DNA of 34,259 nucleotides, taken from contig JAIXUR010000600.1 of the NCBI GenBank assembly GCA_027483425.1, positions 1 to 34,259 on the forward strand. The letters run 5' to 3'. This document shows positions 29,161 to 34,259 of this stretch, in pieces (within the stretch, counting starts at the first letter, position 1; each line of letters opens with the position of its first letter). Source of the stretch: Cyanobacteriota bacterium (lineage in GTDB: Bacteria > Cyanobacteriota > Cyanobacteriia > Phormidesmidales > Phormidesmidaceae). Under the pieces are notes generated by a model, which was not told the DNA's origin, did no database searches, and saw nothing but the letters and a program-made list of their open reading frames with translations. The translations under genes were made by a program, and so were the position numbers.

Positions 29161-29475
29161 CGGGGGGCTCCTAACTAGGCCTGGGGCGGTAACGCTTCGT
29201 TCTGTTCTTTTGGGCTGTAACTATTCTTTTGGGGCAAAAAATCCTCTGGCTTTACTGTAGCGGGGCGATCGGGCCGTTCCGAGGGCAGAAAACCGAACCC
29301 TTGGGAGGGTGGGCACGCCCCAAGGCCGATGGGGATGCTCGGGCCCGGCGGGGCTAGCGGGCTAGGCCACGGGCCACTGAAAAAACTGGGGCTGGGGTTT
29401 ACGCGCCTGGAGCATTTGACGTATAGTGATAGACTGTGTCTGTGAATAAAATGGTCTTACGGCTAGAGAAACTAC

Positions 29476-29778
29476 ATGGCTAAGAAAAGCATGATTGCGC
29501 GGGAGCGCAAGCGGGAAAAAATGGTGGCTCAATACGCCAAAAAGCGCGAAGCCCTCATGGCAGAGTTTGACAGTGCTGCAAACCAGCAGGAAAAGGTGGC
29601 TATTCACCGTAAGATTCAGCAGCTGCCCCGCAACAGTGCCCCCACCCGTCTGCACAACCGCTGCTGGCTGACCGGTCGCCCTCGCGGTTACTATCGCGAT
29701 TTTGGTCTGTGCCGCAACAAGTTGCGCGAAATGGCCCACCAGGGTCTGCTGCCTGGGGTCGTCAAGTCGAGCTGGTAA
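29476..29778 (+). CDS. rpsN: 30S ribosomal protein S14 (long, non-zinc type)
   Basis: [38 protein letters not shown]; 100 aa. Confidence 0.98.
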   Translation: MAKKSMIARERKREKMVAQYAKKREALMAEFDSAANQQEKVAIHRKIQQLPRNSAPTRLHNRCWLTGRPRGYYRDFGLCRNKLREMAHQGLLPGVVKSSW

Positions 29779-29957
29779 CGTCCCCAGCCACTCCATTCCC
29801 AGTGCTCAAGGGTCTTCTCAAGGTCTGGCCTAGGGTTTAGGAGGACAAGGTTTGGCTAAGAGGTGTGGGCTATGCCCATACCTCTTTTGCCGTAGGGGCA
29901 ATTTGGGCAACGACAATACCCAGGATGTTTGCTGCCTCCCAAGGGCGCAGTGCGCCC

Positions 29958-30353
29958 CTAGGGGGAGGGGTCGAGGTCATGGCCATCGAGCAGCGTACCC
30001 AATCGTGCGGCATCCAGGGTCGTCGATCGACCGCAGCAGCGATCGATGCCCAGGCTATCAAACAGCAGATCGCCCACGGCATTGGCCACGGTAAATTCGC
30101 CGTAGAAGCTTTCAGAGAAATCAAAGGATTGCAGCTCGGTCAAGATGGCCATGACCAGGCAGCCGACGTCGTTTTCCCCCTCCATGCGCTGGCGCACAAA
30201 CACCTGGGATACGCGCTCGGCGATGGTGCGGTTGGCGGGCTCCGGCAGATATTCGGCATTGAGCCAGGTCAGTAAAGCAGCCATCAACCATTGCCCCTCC
30301 TGGTAAACATCCTTGGGGGGCGGCAGCATAATGGGGGTGAGGGGATCAGTCAT
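29958..30353 (-). CDS. Conserved cyanobacterial-type hypothetical protein
   Basis: WL..EYLPE..N..IA, FVRQRMEGEND, FDF.ESFYGEF.VANAV.DLL, CCG; ATG 30353 preferred. Confidence 0.75.
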   Translation of the reverse strand: MTDPLTPIMLPPPKDVYQEGQWLMAALLTWLNAEYLPEPANRTIAERVSQVFVRQRMEGENDVGCLVMAILTELQSFDFSESFYGEFTVANAVGDLLFDSLGIDRCCGRSTTLDAARLGTLLDGHDLDPSP

Positions 30354-30525
30354 CGGTGCGGGGGTGAGGAAACCGGGAAAAACCTTCGCTACACTCAATA
30401 CTACCGCCTTAGCTCCCTGGCCCATCTCGCGGTGTAGAGTAAGACGTCCCCAGGCGTTTCAACCCTCCGCTGATGGCCATGGCGCGCAAACAATCCCCAT
30501 GATCTGCCCATTTTGACAGAATACT

Positions 30526-31131
30526 GTGACGCCCTCTAAGCCTCCTAAGCCCTCTAAATACGACCTAGACGCTATTATTCGCGGCTACTCCCAAGGGTAT
30601 TTTTTGATGGCCGATGACGAAGGCGATGACCTGGGCTGGTACGCTAGCCGCCAGCGCACGCTGATCCCCCTGGATGATCGCTTTCGCTATCCAAAATCTC
30701 TGCGGCGATCGCTCAACCAGAACCGATTCCAAGTGGCCATTAACCAAGCCTTTAACGAGGTGGTCAGCGGCTGCGCCGATCGCGACACTACCTGGATCTC
30801 CGAGGAACTCAAGCAGGTCTACACCGAACTCTACCAGGCCGGCTGGGCCTATAGCTTTGAAACCTGGCAGGGGGATGAGCTAGCCGGGGGCATCCTGGGC
30901 CTGGTCATTGGCGGCGCGTTTATTGGCGAGTCGATGTTCTTTCGCGTGTCTGAGGGCTCTAAGGTGGCGATGGTCAAACTGGTCGAGCACCTGCGCCAGC
31001 AGCACTTTGCCCTGTTCGATGCTCAGATGATGAACCCGCATTTGGAACGGTTTGGGGCCTACGTGATGGGCGATCGCGAGTATAAGAGCCTGCTAAAGAT
31101 TGCCTTAAAGCAAAACTGTAGTTTTCTCTAG
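30526..31131 (+). CDS. aat: Leucyl/phenylalanyl-tRNA--protein transferase
   Basis: Y.QGYFLM, TWIS, SFETW, LAGG..G, FIGESMF, SKVAM, FDAQ..NPHL..FGA. Confidence 0.93.
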   Translation: MTPSKPPKPSKYDLDAIIRGYSQGYFLMADDEGDDLGWYASRQRTLIPLDDRFRYPKSLRRSLNQNRFQVAINQAFNEVVSGCADRDTTWISEELKQVYTELYQAGWAYSFETWQGDELAGGILGLVIGGAFIGESMFFRVSEGSKVAMVKLVEHLRQQHFALFDAQMMNPHLERFGAYVMGDREYKSLLKIALKQNCSFL

Positions 31132-31494
31132 CATCTCAGAGCCAGCCTGATCGCCCCCATCGCTCGGCACTTCTGTATACCAACGCTGGGCCAAGTCGTT
31201 GAGCTGATCAAGAACGGCCACCAATTCGCCTCCGCGCTCCGTCATGCCATAGGTAACCTGGGGTGGCACCGTAGCCCGGTAGTGGCGATAGACAATACCC
31301 TCTTGCTCCAGCATGCGCAGGCGCTCGGTGAGCATTTTGGTTGAAATGCCCTCTACCTGTCGCCGCAGCGCCCCAAACCGGGTCGGGCCAGCGGTGGCCA
31401 GAATCCAGAGAATGTACATTGTCCACGGCCCCGCCAGCATGTTCATCAGGATGCTGACCGGGCAAGCGGTGTGATGACTGTTGGGTTGAACCAT
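31105..31494 (-). CDS. HxlR (DUF24/MarR-like) transcriptional regulator with N-terminal Cys
   Basis: CPV, W...IL, RFGALRR...GISTKMLTERLR.LE..G.V.R, VPPQVTY.MT..G. Confidence 0.92.
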   Translation of the reverse strand: MVQPNSHHTACPVSILMNMLAGPWTMYILWILATAGPTRFGALRRQVEGISTKMLTERLRMLEQEGIVYRHYRATVPPQVTYGMTERGGELVAVLDQLNDLAQRWYTEVPSDGGDQAGSEMLEKTTVLL

Positions 31495-31515
31495 CGCCAA
31501 AGCCTATCAAAAGGC

Positions 31516-31564
31516 AGTTACTTTAAGGTTCCTACTTTACCTCAGTAATTAGTTACTTTTAGTA
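31516..31564. promoter_or_regulatory. Candidate HxlR operator region in the divergent promoter
   Basis: agttacttt repeated at 31516 and 31551; tact-ttt-agta palindrome at 31554-31564; AT-rich. Confidence 0.45.
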
Positions 31565-31595
31565 TCTAGTAGTTAACTTCACACCGTATCTTTCT

Positions 31596-32207
31596 ATGTC
31601 AACTATTGCCATTGTTTACTTCTCGGGCGGTGGACATACCCACCTGATGGCTGAGGCGATCGCAGTCGGAGTTCACACAGCAGGTCACAGTCCAGATCTA
31701 CTGCGGATCACGGGCGAGCAGATTGAGCAGGGCCGCTGGCAAGATGATAGGTTTATGGCTCGCTTGGCCAACGCTGACGCCATTGTGTTTGGCTCACCGA
31801 CCTATATGGGGGGTGTAGCAGCCCAGTTCAAAGCCTTTATCGATGCCGCTAGCTCCGCCTGGTTTGTGCAGCAGTGGAAAGACAAAATTGCCGCTGGCTT
31901 TACCCATTCCAGCTCACCCAGCGGTGACAAGCAGGGCACCCTGCTGTACCTAGCTATCCATGCGGCCCAGCACGGTATGGTGTGGGTAGGGGCGACCGAT
32001 ATGCCCAGCCAATACCAGGGCAAAACAGACGGCATTAACCGCCTGGGCTCTTTTTTAGGCGTGATGGGCCAAAGCACTATGACTATGGACGGTAGCCCTG
32101 CGGCTCTAGAGTCGGGCGATCGCCTCACCGCTGAATTATTTGGCCAACGCATTGCGGTTGCCGTCGAACGCTGGGCGATCGACACAACAGTGGCCGTTAC
32201 AGCCTGA
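31596..32207 (+). CDS. WrbA-like flavodoxin / NAD(P)H:quinone oxidoreductase
   Basis: IVYFSGGGHT, FGSPTYMG, WKDKIAAGFT.S.S.SGDK, QHGMVW. Confidence 0.9.
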   Translation: MSTIAIVYFSGGGHTHLMAEAIAVGVHTAGHSPDLLRITGEQIEQGRWQDDRFMARLANADAIVFGSPTYMGGVAAQFKAFIDAASSAWFVQQWKDKIAAGFTHSSSPSGDKQGTLLYLAIHAAQHGMVWVGATDMPSQYQGKTDGINRLGSFLGVMGQSTMTMDGSPAALESGDRLTAELFGQRIAVAVERWAIDTTVAVTA

Positions 32208-32299
32208 TCCGAATATCGCCATTGCCCTGGACCATGGATATTTTGTCATTCGCGCTCACCAGCACTTGCCCTGGCAGGAAAGTGCTAGTAGCTCGATTA

Positions 32300-32344
32300 C
32301 CCGACTTGTGGGGCATTGCACAGTGCAATGCCCCACAAGTCGGG
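32300..32344. repeat. Perfect 22-bp inverted repeat with 1-nt spacer (REP-like, possible terminator) between convergent genes
   Basis: cccgacttgtggggcattgcac-a-gtgcaatgccccacaagtcggg. Confidence 0.9.
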
Positions 32345-32408
32345 GGTATAACAGACAGGATTTGGGGTAAGGACAATAACTGTGGGTATTTTCTTGAATA
32401 GAAATCTC

Positions 32409-32834
32409 CTAGGGCCGCGTAATGCCGCGATACAGGCCCTTACGCCGGTCTCGCCGCCGAGCAGCCGTCGGAAGGCCCACCCCAACTAAACCCAGCAGAC
32501 CCAAGGCTGGTTTGACACTGGGTCGCTGCGCCACCACCTCGGCCTGGCTGGCCGTCGGCTGACTTGGGGGCACCGCCTGGCGATGCTCGAGGCCCACTAG
32601 GGACAGCAGACCCGCCACGATAAAGGTACTCAGGTGGTTGAGGGCTTTGTCTGCGATCGGTAAGTCGTAGTGGCTTTTGAAGGTCCTAGACAAAAACCAG
32701 AAAAAGAGCCCAACGCCAATCAGTAGCGCAATCACATTGACGGTGGGGTTGTGGGCAAAGGTGTAAATCGCTCCACCAGTGGGGCCATCAATGGCCCCCT
32801 CAAACTCTTCATAGGTAGCAAATGGGCTTGACAT
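32409..32834 (-). CDS. Small membrane protein downstream of amt
   Basis: 141-aa ORF; GAIYTFA followed by a TM helix, further hydrophobic segments and a basic C-terminus. Confidence 0.7.
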   Translation of the reverse strand: MSSPFATYEEFEGAIDGPTGGAIYTFAHNPTVNVIALLIGVGLFFWFLSRTFKSHYDLPIADKALNHLSTFIVAGLLSLVGLEHRQAVPPSQPTASQAEVVAQRPSVKPALGLLGLVGVGLPTAARRRDRRKGLYRGITRP

Positions 32835-32927
32835 AGGATCTGTTCCTCAAAAATGACTAAAGTCTGGCAAATTTTTGGTCGAGGACAATTGGGGTGACGA
32901 AGATATTCAAGCATTTTGATTCCTGGC

Positions 32928-32953
32928 TAGGGCGCAGGGCTCTGCGCCCCTAC
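32928..32953 (-). repeat. GTAG-type REP-like element
   Basis: Minus strand GTAG-gggcgcag-agcc-ctgcgccc-ta. Confidence 0.65.
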
Positions 32954-32981
32954 TGGGGGTATCTTCTTGCCGAGAAATCTC

Positions 32982-34259
32982 CTAGGACTCGGAACTAACC
33001 TTAGTCATGGGTGTGGTAGCGCTATTCCCAAGGCCAGTCTGCTCAGGCACAATCGAGTATTCGGGATAACCCTCGATGCCGTAGTCAGACAGGTCGAGGC
33101 CAAGAATTTCATTGGCTTCAGAAATGCGCAGCAGACCCATTTTTTTCAGGACTAGGCTTATCCCATAGCCTGGCATAAACCCCAACATCAAGGCACAAAG
33201 GGCGGCCCCTAGAATCTGAGCCCCAAAGTTAATCGAAGGAATGCCCTCGGGCTGAGGATAACCAGCGGCTACAATGCCCACCAAGAGCGAACCCAGTACC
33301 CCACAATAGCCGTGGACGGCAAAGGCCCCCACTGCGTCGTCAAGGCCAGCTTTTTCAACTGCGCTACCCACAAAGGGCATGGTGTAGGCACCCAAAAAGG
33401 CCAACAGAATGACGATCGCCGGACTGTAAATATCCAGCCCTGCTCCGGCGGTAATGATGCCAGCGAGACCGCCCGAAATGGTGTAGAACGGGTCAGCCTT
33501 AGAGCCCAGATAGGCCCCAATTAGACCGGCCGACAGGGCTAGGGTGGTATTCACCCCGATGGACGCCAGGGTCATGGGCGTACCGTAGATCGTGATTTCT
33601 CCGGTTTGCCCTGGGACAAAAATCAGACAGGCGGCTAGGAAGGCGTAGAAGCCCACGAAAATGAGCATCAGCCCCACCATGGTGAGGGGCAAATTGTGGG
33701 GCATGATCGCCCGGGGGTTGCCCTGGGCGTCAAACTTGCCAATTCTCGGGCCGAGGTTGATCACCACCCCTAGGGCAAAGAAGCCCGCGACCCCGTGGAG
33801 CAAGGCGGCACAGCCAAAGTCGTGATAGCCCAGTTGGGTAAACATCCAGCCGTAGGGGCTCCAGCCCCAGGAGGCCGCTACCACCCAGGTAAATGAACCC
33901 AGCACAATGGCCAGAATCGAGTAGGCCCCAATTTGAATACGCTCGATCACCGCCCCAGAGAGGATGGAGGCGGTGGTCATAGCAAACAGCGCAAAGGCAA
34001 ACCAGAACACGCCGGTCAAATGGTCGGATAGGTTTGGTCCCAGGGCAGGGGACCAGGGGTAAGACGCATTCACCAAACCCAGCACGGCACCAACGGTTCC
34101 TTCGGAAGCAGGATCAGTCCAAGGGCCAACAATACCGCCCTGGAAGGGAAACAGCGGGAAGGCGTTGTACACCCACCAGCCAAAGAAGAAGAAGGTCAGG
34201 CCCACCAGAGACAGCGTCATCAGGTTTTTGACCATGGTGGCCAAAACGTTTTTGGACCG
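32982..34259 (-). CDS. amt: Ammonium transporter (Amt/Mep/Rh family), 5' end beyond the window
   Basis: RSKN...KN, SGAVIER, HDFG....LH, LGPR.G.F, PHN, DD.VGAFAVHG, E..GLD; reading frame is open to the window edge. Confidence 0.9.
   Translation of the reverse strand, partial: RSKNVLATMVKNLMTLSLVGLTFFFFGWWVYNAFPLFPFQGGIVGPWTDPASEGTVGAVLGLVNASYPWSPALGPNLSDHLTGVFWFAFALFAMTTASILSGAVIERIQIGAYSILAIVLGSFTWVVAASWGWSPYGWMFTQLGYHDFGCAALLHGVAGFFALGVVINLGPRIGKFDAQGNPRAIMPHNLPLTMVGLMLIFVGFYAFLAACLIFVPGQTGEITIYGTPMTLASIGVNTTLALSAGLIGAYLGSKADPFYTISGGLAGIITAGAGLDIYSPAIVILLAFLGAYTMPFVGSAVEKAGLDDAVGAFAVHGYCGVLGSLLVGIVAAGYPQPEGIPSINFGAQILGAALCALMLGFMPGYGISLVLKKMGLLRISEANEILGLDLSDYGIEGYPEYSIVPEQTGLGNSATTPMTKVSSES

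Overview
High-GC cyanobacterial chromosomal window, rich in the HIP1 octamer GCGATCGC; gene content and style suggest a Nodosilinea/Leptolyngbya-like filamentous strain (inference). Mostly housekeeping genes: cofH, pyrF, accB, efp, a TLP40/CYP38-like cyclophilin, thiL, a Ycf55/DUF3685 regulator, thrC, an RluA-family pseudouridine synthase, dxs, rpsN and aat. Interspersed accessory modules: (i) OmpR-type regulator, histidine kinase, PepSY-TM-like protein and Tat-Rieske protein with a His/Asp-rich tail; (ii) a DUF305/CopM-like gene bracketed by an exact 18-bp direct repeat that runs into a HIP1 site; (iii) an orphan SLATT-like 2TM protein coupled to a VOC gene; (iv) an HxlR/WrbA-like flavodoxin pair; (v) an Amt transporter with a non-canonical pore motif followed by a small membrane protein. 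Also seen: a 23-aa hydrophobic microprotein missing from the ORF track, a candidate sRNA downstream of thrC, and several REP-like palindromes. No rRNA, tRNA, CRISPR array or transposase was recognised. All family calls come from motifs read by eye, not from database searches.
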